Of a stretch of 32,000 bases of DNA, positions 16,654 to 25,222 are shown piece by piece. The notes below the pieces were generated by a model that made no database searches, was not told the DNA's origin, and saw nothing but the letters and a program-made list of their open reading frames with translations. The stretch covers positions 29,104 to 61,103 of the forward strand of contig JAPLKZ010000006.1 in the NCBI GenBank assembly GCA_026387835.1, written 5' to 3'. The stretch comes from Candidatus Saganbacteria bacterium (GTDB lineage: Bacteria > Margulisbacteria > WOR-1 > JAKLHX01). Both the position numbers and the translations under genes were made by a program. The stretch's first letter is position 1, and every line of letters starts with the position of its first letter.

Positions 16654-18789
16654 GTGTTCAATGAGATAATGCGTCTCCAGAACAATCCTCCAGGAGGACA
16701 CGGAGGGCTTGGTATCATCAGCCACGCGATAAACAGGACCGCGCAGAGATACGGACAAGCCGACGGATACGGACTATTCAATATGAGTCTTTTGCACACG
16801 CAGAGAAGGGTTCAGTCTTTTCCTGAACACCAGACCCCGGTCGACTGGGGAGGGTTCATGCAGCATCTGGATTTTATTGATGTGCCTCCGGACGCTCCAG
16901 GTGCCGATTACTATCATTACCTTGGCCAAATGATCGAAGTAAACCTTTATGGTCAGCCAAGACCCGTAGATACATGGATGTTCACAGGTTTTTCCGACCA
17001 GAATAGATTTGACCCGGCAAGGTTCGTGCCCGCCATAAAATTTTCGGTGCCCAGCGTAACTGGAGAGCTCTATCCGGACTGCACATCACCGGAAATACTT
17101 GCTCAGATGCAGGTCCTCGGACAGGGCGGGTTCCGGCTTTCACAAAAGCTCGGCCTCATCGGATGCGGGGCAGGGAAAATGAATGCCGACAGCTTCAGGT
17201 CCGTATACGGAGACGGCGCAAAGCGGCAAAGACTTTTGGATAATCTGATAAGACTTGGAATCTCTGACACACAGGGGAACATCGAACATTCAAAAGTGTT
17301 TGATATTTTCTCTCCGGAAGACCTGACACTTGACGAAGAATTCGTAAATGAACGCGGACCTGTAAGACAGGTTATTATCGAAAGTCAAAAATCAATAGCC
17401 GATCTTTTCATCGGTCATGAAGGGCATACGGCATTGTTCAATTTCAATCTTTATCTTTGGTTCAAGAGATTGCACAACGGCGATCATACCGAAGCCATGA
17501 GGGACACGCAGGACCTTTGCGCCTCGACCGATCATGCGCCGCAGGCGGGCACTGTGGCCAGGACAAGAGGGGAAAATTTCAGGCAGCATTACAGTGAAGA
17601 AGACGACAGGGACTGGGGTTCATTCGGCTGGGACCCGGGGAAACCCACCAATGCAAAAGCTGCAGCCGAAAAACTTTCAAGACACAGCGGAGTCGTTTCA
17701 CCCTTACACCTGGAAGTCGTCAAAGCTGAGATGGCAGACCTGCAAAACGGAGTACAAGAATCTATCGCTCTTGCTCCTACAAGGGAAGTCGTAGATGGTC
17801 TAAAAATATTTACGGATACCATAGACATGGATGACTGGCTTGGTCTCGGCACCAAAGCCGTGCTTGACAAGCATTTTCCGGAATGGAGGCAGAACCCGCA
17901 GATGCTAGGTACTGACAGGCTGATAAACAGTGCATTAAGGAATTCCGTATTCCTCGGCGATCTTGCAGAGGCATTTGATGCTCAAGACAATTTTTTCTTC
18001 CAGCTTCTGCAGAAATTCGGCAGAAGGTTCGGTACCGAGATACCGGATGATGCGATCATTATTGCCTCTTTAAGAAGAGCAAGCGAATATAAAATAAAAC
18101 TGCTTACGGAATTCCTTAACAAAAGAGACATGATAAATTCTATTGCCGGAAGAGAGAACAGGCCGATAATATATCTGTTGGGTGGTATAGCCCATCACAA
18201 AGACGGGAACGCAAAGAACGCACTGAAAGATCTTCTGGTCTTCTTATTCGGTATCAACGGGGAGAAAGGAAAGCTGTCCGGGGAGTTCCTTCTTAACCAT
18301 GATTATGACAAAGCCGCGTGGCTTTTCCAGGGACTGGCAAAAAGGGGCTGCTGGATAGGAGCAACGAACCCGACAGACAGCAGGTCTCAGGGGACAGAGG
18401 CCTTTGGACCAAGTTATATCAAGTCCTCTGTCAACGGTGTCTGGATATTGGGACCGGATGACGGAGGAGCGGGGTGCCTGAAAGGACTGCCAGCAGTCCA
18501 TACATACGGACCTACCATGGTCGAAGGAGAACAGTCTTATTATCGTCACTTCTGGAACAGCAGAGAAGCGGTCGAAAATTCCAGAAGATGGCTTGGGGCC
18601 GGTTTTATAAAGGGCCTTGGTATAATGGCGCACAATATCGCGACCGACCTTGATTATTATGAACAAGGGGAAGGAGCTCTTGCTCCGGGTCTGCTGAGAA
18701 AAGTGCCGACGATGTTCAAAGTCATAGCAGGCTACAACGGAAGAGTTCTGCTCGACAGTTATCTTAACTGCATTCCTCCAAAGAACTGA
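16654..18789 (+). CDS. Divergent GT35 (alpha-glucan/glycogen phosphorylase)-like protein
   Basis: 711 aa (GTG start; N-terminus uncertain). Contains GGHGGLG near the N-terminus, IGHEGHTALFNFNLYLW, IIYLLGGIAHHKDGNAK and GTEAFGPSYIKSSVNGVWILGPDDGGAG, which match glycogen phosphorylase landmarks including GTEASGTGNMKFMLNG around the PLP lysine. Confidence 0.6.
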   Translation: MFNEIMRLQNNPPGGHGGLGIISHAINRTAQRYGQADGYGLFNMSLLHTQRRVQSFPEHQTPVDWGGFMQHLDFIDVPPDAPGADYYHYLGQMIEVNLYGQPRPVDTWMFTGFSDQNRFDPARFVPAIKFSVPSVTGELYPDCTSPEILAQMQVLGQGGFRLSQKLGLIGCGAGKMNADSFRSVYGDGAKRQRLLDNLIRLGISDTQGNIEHSKVFDIFSPEDLTLDEEFVNERGPVRQVIIESQKSIADLFIGHEGHTALFNFNLYLWFKRLHNGDHTEAMRDTQDLCASTDHAPQAGTVARTRGENFRQHYSEEDDRDWGSFGWDPGKPTNAKAAAEKLSRHSGVVSPLHLEVVKAEMADLQNGVQESIALAPTREVVDGLKIFTDTIDMDDWLGLGTKAVLDKHFPEWRQNPQMLGTDRLINSALRNSVFLGDLAEAFDAQDNFFFQLLQKFGRRFGTEIPDDAIIIASLRRASEYKIKLLTEFLNKRDMINSIAGRENRPIIYLLGGIAHHKDGNAKNALKDLLVFLFGINGEKGKLSGEFLLNHDYDKAAWLFQGLAKRGCWIGATNPTDSRSQGTEAFGPSYIKSSVNGVWILGPDDGGAGCLKGLPAVHTYGPTMVEGEQSYYRHFWNSREAVENSRRWLGAGFIKGLGIMAHNIATDLDYYEQGEGALAPGLLRKVPTMFKVIAGYNGRVLLDSYLNCIPPKN

Positions 18790-18852
18790 AATTCCCTCGA
18801 ATATATTTCGATACATAATCAGAGACTTTTTATTTAAAAAAAGGAGAAGATA

Positions 18853-20403
18853 ATGTCTAGTCAGGGCGTGAAATATTATTTCTGCGGTTCCGGAAGCGTT
18901 AACTTGAAATGGAGTATGCCTGTGACAAGCGAAAAAAGTTTTGCGCTGTCAAGAAACAGAGTGGCAGGGGTACAGGGTGCCGAAAGAGGCGGCGTCAAGA
19001 TCGAAAATTCATTGCTGGGCGATCACGGCAGGCGGATAGCCGAGTTGTTGTATCGAAATAATTCAAACATGTCAGAACTAAAGTTGGATATAGGAGGCTA
19101 CGCGCTTCCCTCTGCCATTGCCGCGTTCCAGCTCATGGGGGAAAAAGATTCGGTGATACTGAGGATGCCGATCGGGCCTGATACCAGAATAGAATGGCAG
19201 GACCTGGTCTGTGCTTCTCCTATGGATAAAGATATGGCGTACGCTGAAAGGAAAGGATGGGCGATGCAACTTTTGCATCTCCTTACAAGAAAACACTATA
19301 TTGCAAGGGGGATGCCCACGGCTAATTTCTTTGAGCACATGGACTCAGACCTTGACCTCAGTTCAAAATATTACCCTCAACAGGAGCAAATAATTGACGC
19401 GGTGATAAACGGCAAATACTTTGCCGGATGGCTTATAAGGGAACTGAGGGGGCTGGGGATCGATACCAGGCATCTTATCAGATTTTCCAGGCCATTGCAT
19501 ACCCCTTACGGATTTGTGATACAGGAAAAAATCCCCGGAAGCGGGAACGATTATGTCAGGACCACCCTTTTTGATCCCGGAGCGTTGGACAAGCTGACGA
19601 TACACGATCTGGCAGCAGGAAGACTTGCTTTCAGAAGATCCGGAAGGAATGTGGTTTCACTCGGAGGTCCGTTCATGATGGGCGGCATGAAAGATACATG
19701 GCCTTTGATACTCGAAGCGGCAAAGCGGAGCGGAGCTTTTACGGTACTGACGACAGGATATGATCCGTCAAAATATTACAGGATGTCCGAAAAAGCCGTT
19801 AATAACACCGATATGGCGGTGCTTGATCTCAGGGATGCCGCTTTGCTTACCGGGGCGGGAGAGGAGTCTTTCCGTACCGTAAATGGTCGTGGGGTCAGAG
19901 CCCTGCGGGGCATGTTCAGGAACTTTTTCGTTTCCCTGGGACTCCGAGGCGGATTGATGTACGCTTCCGACCCAAAGGTATTTGCTCCTCTACAGGGGCA
20001 GGCGAAAAAATATTTCGGGTCCCCGTTCATAATCCCATGGTCGGAACATATTGCTTCTTTCGGCCGACCTATGTTTGAACACGGTGTCCGAGTTGTCGAA
20101 GCAGGAGCGCTTGCCGTGGCGATCGGAAAACGCATGAACCCTATTGAAGCTGCCTTGTTTGCCGTGTCCGCGGGAGCTCTAAGTTCTACGGGCGGAGCCG
20201 GAAGGATCGATCCGATGCAAAGAGGAAAGCACGGTGCCAACCTGGCGATGAATTTGACCCTAAGGAAACTCGCAGCGCAGGTAGGTTATGTGCCGTACAG
20301 CACAACAAGGACAGTTTTCGAGACGGTAAAGGATGTATCAGGCAATAAAACAACACACGCAAGAAAAGTCGTTGAAAAAAGCCAAGAACTCAGAAACGGT
20401 TAA
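18853..20403 (+). CDS. Uncharacterised protein (516 aa), possible degenerate ribokinase/ADP-dependent sugar kinase-like fold
   Basis: SD AAGGAGAAGATA before ATG. Weak resemblance: DIGGYALPSAIAAFQLMG, DPSKYYRMSEKAVNNTDMAVLDLRDAALLTGAGEESF, VRVVEAGALAVAIGKRMNPIEAALFAVSAGALSSTGGAG. Canonical GAGD not evident. CDS confidence is high; family call is weak. Confidence 0.35.
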   Translation: MSSQGVKYYFCGSGSVNLKWSMPVTSEKSFALSRNRVAGVQGAERGGVKIENSLLGDHGRRIAELLYRNNSNMSELKLDIGGYALPSAIAAFQLMGEKDSVILRMPIGPDTRIEWQDLVCASPMDKDMAYAERKGWAMQLLHLLTRKHYIARGMPTANFFEHMDSDLDLSSKYYPQQEQIIDAVINGKYFAGWLIRELRGLGIDTRHLIRFSRPLHTPYGFVIQEKIPGSGNDYVRTTLFDPGALDKLTIHDLAAGRLAFRRSGRNVVSLGGPFMMGGMKDTWPLILEAAKRSGAFTVLTTGYDPSKYYRMSEKAVNNTDMAVLDLRDAALLTGAGEESFRTVNGRGVRALRGMFRNFFVSLGLRGGLMYASDPKVFAPLQGQAKKYFGSPFIIPWSEHIASFGRPMFEHGVRVVEAGALAVAIGKRMNPIEAALFAVSAGALSSTGGAGRIDPMQRGKHGANLAMNLTLRKLAAQVGYVPYSTTRTVFETVKDVSGNKTTHARKVVEKSQELRNG

Positions 20404-21638
20404 TCTTTGATAGCTGCGAAGATTCTTTGCGCGTACGGATCGTACGTGACACACCCGATATGCTGTTTGTGATTCCCCAGGAAAGAACAGTTCCCGCACA
20501 TCTTGCACCAGGCTATGTCATCAAGCTTTCCCTCGACTATCTTCCTGGCAGTCTCCGGGTCCGCGATCATCTGCCTGCTTATGCCGGCAAGGTCGGCCTT
20601 GCCGTTTGCGATGTTATATGTGGCCCAGTATAAAAAACTTTTTTTGAAAGCGTCATCCCCGGGGAGCGGATTATCGCCGTCGCCAAGCAATGAATAAGCG
20701 GAGCCCGTCACGATTGCCCTGTCACCGGCCCATCTTTTGACTTCCTCTGTCCATCGGAAATGATCAAAGATGCCTGAGCAGTTTCCGGGCTTTGGACTGA
20801 TAAGATGCACCGTCCTGTCGTTATCCCCGGCGGTTACATTGAGGAGCTTTACTCCGAGCGCTAAAGCCAGTTCCACAAGCTGTCTCTGCTCTTTGTATGA
20901 ACGATCTTCTTCATCTGTCCCCGGAAGTGTACCGAACTCGTCCTTAAGTCCGTTGAACATGGAAAGCCTCAGCGCAAGAATGAAACTGTCAGGATGTATC
21001 AGCGCTCTTCTGATCAATCCCATCGTTTCAGTGTAAAACCTTGCCCTTTCCCTGAACGATGCTCCGCCATAGGACCAATTATCCCTGCGGACATTAAGCC
21101 TGCTCAACATGTGTTCCATAAGATATCCATGGCATATCTTCAGCTCGGCACCGTGAAAACCTAGGTATTCTGCCTGAATAAAAGAACCGACTATCATTTT
21201 CTGCATGACAGCTGCGTCATCGTCAGTGAGAAGCCTGACACCAGGAATATTTACTGGATATGGGGATACTGGTTTGAGAGAATATTTTCCGGAATGCGTG
21301 ATCTGGGCAATTAACAGCCCGTCCGGGTTCAGCTCGCGGTGCATCTCTGTAATTTTCCGGAAGTCCGGAGCCGACTCAGCTGAAAGGCACCACTGGTCCG
21401 ATCTACATCTTCCTTCAGGCATAAATACGGTCGATTGCAGCCAGTTTATTCCGGGCTTCCCGCGGAACTGCCTTTCCATGTTGAAAAGATCCCTCTCGGA
21501 TATTCCCCCGGATGCAGTTCCTGAGTTGAGTCCCGTGGCCTGATAGACAATCCTATTAGGTATGGTTCTGTTTGTTCCAGGGATACGGACCGGCGAGCTA
21601 AGAATAGCCCTGACATGTTCTCTGTTTACAATATCCAT
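20400..21638 (-). CDS. NADH:flavin oxidoreductase / Old Yellow Enzyme-like, 2,4-dienoyl-CoA-reductase type with Fe-S cysteines
   Basis: 412 aa; IPNRIVYQATGLNSG, LNPDGLLIAQITHSGKYS, AEYLGFHGAELKICHGYLMEHMLSRLNVRRDNWSYGGASFRERARF, C-terminal CKMCGNCSFLGNHKQHIGC cluster-type cysteines. Confidence 0.8.
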   Translation of the reverse strand: MDIVNREHVRAILSSPVRIPGTNRTIPNRIVYQATGLNSGTASGGISERDLFNMERQFRGKPGINWLQSTVFMPEGRCRSDQWCLSAESAPDFRKITEMHRELNPDGLLIAQITHSGKYSLKPVSPYPVNIPGVRLLTDDDAAVMQKMIVGSFIQAEYLGFHGAELKICHGYLMEHMLSRLNVRRDNWSYGGASFRERARFYTETMGLIRRALIHPDSFILALRLSMFNGLKDEFGTLPGTDEEDRSYKEQRQLVELALALGVKLLNVTAGDNDRTVHLISPKPGNCSGIFDHFRWTEEVKRWAGDRAIVTGSAYSLLGDGDNPLPGDDAFKKSFLYWATYNIANGKADLAGISRQMIADPETARKIVEGKLDDIAWCKMCGNCSFLGNHKQHIGCVTYDPYAQRIFAAIKD

Positions 21639-21745
21639 ATAGATAAAAATCCCTTTACCATCTGTTTACTTATCGTAAAAAAATCAAAGAAATATCAGTA
21701 AAACTTGCAAAAATGTAAATATCACATCAAAACGGAACTTTTCTG

Positions 21746-21754
21746 CTATAATTT
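21746..21754 (+). promoter_or_regulatory. Extended -10 promoter for the Spy/CpxP-like gene
   Basis: TGCTATAAT, 29 nt upstream of the ATG at 21783; SD AAAGGAGAT. Confidence 0.5.
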
Positions 21755-21782
21755 TGTCTAATTCTATGTAAAGGAGATCAGA

Positions 21783-22229
21783 ATGAAAAAAATATCGGCA
21801 GTAACGGCTGTTTTGATCTGCGCGGCGGTGATCTTGTCATTTTCAAGTGCGCTCGGAAATCAGGGCAGGAGTATGAGCGGTGCCGGTATCGTACAGGGGC
21901 TTGGCCTTACAGCGGACCAGCAGTCTAAGATAACTGCTAAAGAGAAAGAAATGGAAAAGGATATTCTCCCGCTAAAGCAGTCCATCCAGGACCTAAGGTC
22001 TGAGCTCAATAAGGAATTATCGTCGGAAAATCCGGATAAGGCAAAGGTCAACAGATTGATAGAAAGCGTTTCGGGAAAGATGACGGTGATACAGCAAAAG
22101 AAGATATCCTATATTTTATGGACAAGAGAGCAATTGACCGCTGAGCAAAGGCAAAAACTCACTACATTCCTGCAAAAGCCGGAGGAAGGGGAGGCGGGAG
22201 AAGCAAAGGCTCCCGGTTCGAATAAATAG
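21783..22229 (+). CDS. Spy/CpxP-like periplasmic protein
   Basis: 148 aa; signal peptide, LGLTADQQSKITAKEKEMEKDILPLKQSIQDLRSELNKELSSENPDKAKVNRLI...LTAEQRQKLTTFL pattern. Confidence 0.7.
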   Translation: MKKISAVTAVLICAAVILSFSSALGNQGRSMSGAGIVQGLGLTADQQSKITAKEKEMEKDILPLKQSIQDLRSELNKELSSENPDKAKVNRLIESVSGKMTVIQQKKISYILWTREQLTAEQRQKLTTFLQKPEEGEAGEAKAPGSNK

Positions 22230-22252
22230 AAGTTTCGATCAAATCAAATATA

Positions 22253-23158
22253 ATGAATAAATCAATATTGAGCCTTTTATTAATTGCTGCCATTCTCGCC
22301 GCTATCCCATGTTCTTCCGCGGCGGCGGAGCGTTCGCTGGACATGATAAGCGGTATCGGCGCGGGTTATTATTATCTGTACCCTAAAGATATCCAGATAC
22401 AGAATTATTACCACAGAGGAATGGCATACAAAGCTTTTCTGGAACTCCTTGCAGAGAGCGGGCTTTCAGCAGGCCTTGATATAAGTTATTATTCAGAAGG
22501 AAACATGTCTTCCACTGCCGTGCCCGGCACGACCCTTACCATTATCCCTATAACGGCCTCGGTTTCTTACCATCTCTTTAAAGGCAGCACATTATCCCCG
22601 TATTTCGGAGCGGGTGTGGGAGAATATTTTATCAACGAGAGCGATCCGGATTTTAATTATCTTACAGCGACAAAGTTTGGAAAACATATCTTCGCAGGGG
22701 CGGACATCTATTTCACGCGGGATACGATCTTAAGGGCGGAAATCCGCCAGACGTTCATCGATCCGGTCAATTCCACCTATTATTACCAGGCTAATTTTGG
22801 AGGTCTGACCGCCTCGATTATGCTTGCCATCGACTGGCCGGTATTTGGCAGGGAAACGAGGATGACGACCGAAGAGATCGCTTACGAGCGGCAGAAAAGC
22901 CTGCTTGACGCCGAGAACCAGCTTCTTATGGACCATGTAAGGCAGATGCAGTCGTTTTATAGTCCACAAAGCTGGGACAGCGCCATCTACCAGCCCTGGA
23001 ACAGCCCTACATATATTATAAACAACGTCGTTCCTTCACAGCAGCAGCTGGATGATTCCAAAGCCAAAGCAGACCAGCTAAAGGCTGATACGGAGCAAAA
23101 GCGGCAACAGTATATTCAAGAAAAGACCAATTTAAGGCAGGAAAAGAAGGGACAATAA
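22253..23158 (+). CDS. Outer-membrane beta-barrel protein with C-terminal coiled-coil extension
   Basis: 301 aa; signal peptide, GIGAGYYYLYPKDIQ..., LFKGSTLSPYFGAGVGEYFI..., alternating strand pattern, then a Gln/Lys-rich helical tail. Confidence 0.7.
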   Translation: MNKSILSLLLIAAILAAIPCSSAAAERSLDMISGIGAGYYYLYPKDIQIQNYYHRGMAYKAFLELLAESGLSAGLDISYYSEGNMSSTAVPGTTLTIIPITASVSYHLFKGSTLSPYFGAGVGEYFINESDPDFNYLTATKFGKHIFAGADIYFTRDTILRAEIRQTFIDPVNSTYYYQANFGGLTASIMLAIDWPVFGRETRMTTEEIAYERQKSLLDAENQLLMDHVRQMQSFYSPQSWDSAIYQPWNSPTYIINNVVPSQQQLDDSKAKADQLKADTEQKRQQYIQEKTNLRQEKKGQ

Positions 23159-23159
23159 A

Positions 23160-23569
23160 GGGCAAGCCTGTAAGCCGGGTTCTGTATTTGTATGATCATC
23201 TGTCTGTGATGACGATTGCCCGCCACCTAAAGTCAATTTCTTGACTATGCGGTTTGTTCGAGGATCATGACGTCCAAGGCAGGACTTTCCTCTGTTCAAC
23301 CTTGCTGCAGGTGGGGTTTGCCTTCCCTTATGTCTCCATAAGAGAGCGTGAGCTCTTACCTCACGATTTCAATTTTGCCATCCCGCCTTTAGAGCGGGAT
23401 TCGGCCATATGTTTTCTGTGACACTTTCCTTAGGGTTTTCCCCAGCCGACGTTATCGGCCACCGTTGCCTTGCGCAGCCCGGACTTTCCTCTCCCTCGAC
23501 TCGCTGCGCTCGCTCGGGACAAGCCCTCGAAGCGCATGAATCAAAGGGGCGACCATCCGGCTTGCCCTA
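23160..23569 (-). ncRNA. rnpB: RNase P RNA, bacterial type A-like
   Basis: Minus strand: GGGCAAGCCGGATGGTCGC... GAGGAAAGTCCGGGCTGCGCAAGGCAACGGTGG ... CCCCACCTGCAGCAAGG ... GAGGAAAGTCCTGCC ... ACAGAACCCGGCTTACAGGCTTGCCC; termini pair as P1. Confidence 0.95.
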
Positions 23570-23575
23570 GAGTTA

Positions 23576-23584
23576 ATTATAGCA
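23576..23584 (-). promoter_or_regulatory. Extended -10 promoter for rnpB
   Basis: Minus strand TGCTATAAT ending 6 nt before the inferred rnpB 5' end; no good -35. Confidence 0.6.
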
Positions 23585-23609
23585 GAATAAAAAAGATTGG
23601 GAATAAAGC

Positions 23610-24002
23610 TTATTTTGAATCGATCCCGTTGTTGGCCAGTGCGTCAGCCTCAAGGTTTAAGTCGCGGAGGACGTGTTTAATACTAAAATGCTTGAACTTG
23701 GCTATTAGGACCTTGGCGTGGTTGAAAAGGAGTTTTAGGTCCTCGTCCTTTACCCTGTACGCTCCGTTCATCTGCCGCACGACGAGCTCGCTGTCAGAGA
23801 TGAACTCCGCTTCTTTATGGCCGAGAAGAAGCACTTCTTCAAGCCCCCGGACCAGGGCAGTGTATTCTGCGACATTGTTCGTGGTATTGCCGATGTATTC
23901 GCTGATCTTTTTTATGACACGGCCGCTTTTCTTTATGACAATCCCGATACCCGATTCACCGGGATTACCTCTTGACGCGCCGTCGATGTTGACCGTTAAC
24001 AT
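23610..24002 (-). CDS. rnhA: Ribonuclease HI-family protein
   Basis: 130 aa; VNIDGASRGNPGESGIGIVIKKSG, NVAEYTALVRGLEEVL, FISDSELVVRQMNGAYRVKDEDL, LRDLNLEADALANNGID. Confidence 0.93.
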   Translation of the reverse strand: MLTVNIDGASRGNPGESGIGIVIKKSGRVIKKISEYIGNTTNNVAEYTALVRGLEEVLLLGHKEAEFISDSELVVRQMNGAYRVKDEDLKLLFNHAKVLIAKFKHFSIKHVLRDLNLEADALANNGIDSK

Positions 24003-24010
24003 GATCTCTC

Positions 24011-25222
24011 CTAAACCCTCACCCCAGACATTCGGTCTGCTCTCTTGAGGGGTAAATGGGAATGGGATGGGGCGGGAGTAAGGGCGATTTTAAAAACCTC
24101 TTTTAACGGGACATTGAATTTCTTTGCTGCTTTTTTGCAGTCTTCATATTCCGGTGAGGTTTTTTTTGGAAAATCTTTAAAGGACGAAACCTTTACGCGG
24201 ATATTTCCATATTTTGTCTTGATAGTCTTAAATTTTCTCTCAACGGTCATCCGGGCAACTTCGCGGATACGGAAACCGAGAGTAGTCGTTTCGGAGAGGA
24301 TTATCCTGCTGATAGGATCAAGGTCCTTTTTATTTAAAAGGACGCTTAGCTTGATGCCCGGGCGGTTCTTCTTCATCTGGATGTTTTCAAGCCAGACATC
24401 GAGAGCTTTAGCTTTTAGAAGTCTTTCTATAACATGATCATAGAACTGCGGGTTCATGTCATCAATATTTGTTTCAATTAAAAAAACGGTCTCTTTGCCT
24501 GGCTGCCTGGCTTTTTCTCCTATCATCACCCTGAGTACGTTGGGATGGCCGTAGTCATATTTTCCCGCGCCGTATCCAACGGCGCCGATGTCCATCGCGG
24601 GAAGAAGGCCAAAGGAACTTGCGATCGAAGTAATGACAGCAGCGCCGGTAGGAGTGACAAGTTCGCCTTTTATACCGGTGTCATAAACCGGTATACCTTT
24701 TAAAAGTTCGATAGTAGCCGGTGCGGGTACCGGAAGCTTTCCGTGAGAGGTCTTTACAAAACCGCGGCTTAACGGAAGAGGGGAGGAATATACTTCCCTG
24801 ATCCCCATCATTTCTAGAGCTACAGCGCACCCGACTATATCAATGATCGCATCGATAGCACCTACTTCATGAAAATGTATGTTATCAGTATTTGTGCCGT
24901 GGACTTTGGCTTCCGCTTTTGCAAGCCTGGTAAATATCCCGACCGATCTTTTCTTTACCTCTTTAGATAGTTTTGAGCCATTGATGATCCTCTTTATATC
25001 GTCAAGGTTCCTGTGAGGCTGGTCTTTGCCGCCATTGACATCAAAATATGCGGCGGAAATACCGTTCTTCTTTGTCTTTTTTAGCTGCAATCTATAACCT
25101 GTAAGCCGTAAACTTTTTAATTGTTTTTCAAGCTCATTGAGATTTAGTCCCGCGTCTATCAAAGCCCCCAGGATCATATTCCCTGAAATGCCGGAAAAAC
25201 AGTCAAAATATGCTATTTTCAT
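24011..25222 (-). CDS. larC: Nickel-pincer cofactor biosynthesis protein LarC (DUF111)
   Basis: Likely start MKIAYFDCFSGISGNMILGALIDAGL (ATG overlapping the larB stop as ATGA); HFHEVGAIDAIIDIVG, LPVPAPATIELLKGIPVYDTGIKGELVTPTGAAVI, ETNIDDMNPQFYDHVIERL. Confidence 0.95.
   Translation of the reverse strand: MKIAYFDCFSGISGNMILGALIDAGLNLNELEKQLKSLRLTGYRLQLKKTKKNGISAAYFDVNGGKDQPHRNLDDIKRIINGSKLSKEVKKRSVGIFTRLAKAEAKVHGTNTDNIHFHEVGAIDAIIDIVGCAVALEMMGIREVYSSPLPLSRGFVKTSHGKLPVPAPATIELLKGIPVYDTGIKGELVTPTGAAVITSIASSFGLLPAMDIGAVGYGAGKYDYGHPNVLRVMIGEKARQPGKETVFLIETNIDDMNPQFYDHVIERLLKAKALDVWLENIQMKKNRPGIKLSVLLNKKDLDPISRIILSETTTLGFRIREVARMTVERKFKTIKTKYGNIRVKVSSFKDFPKKTSPEYEDCKKAAKKFNVPLKEVFKIALTPAPSHSHLPLKRADRMSGVRV

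Noticed and set aside
23470-24048. 192-aa plus-strand ORF
   Set aside because: Antisense to rnhA and the rnpB 5' region.
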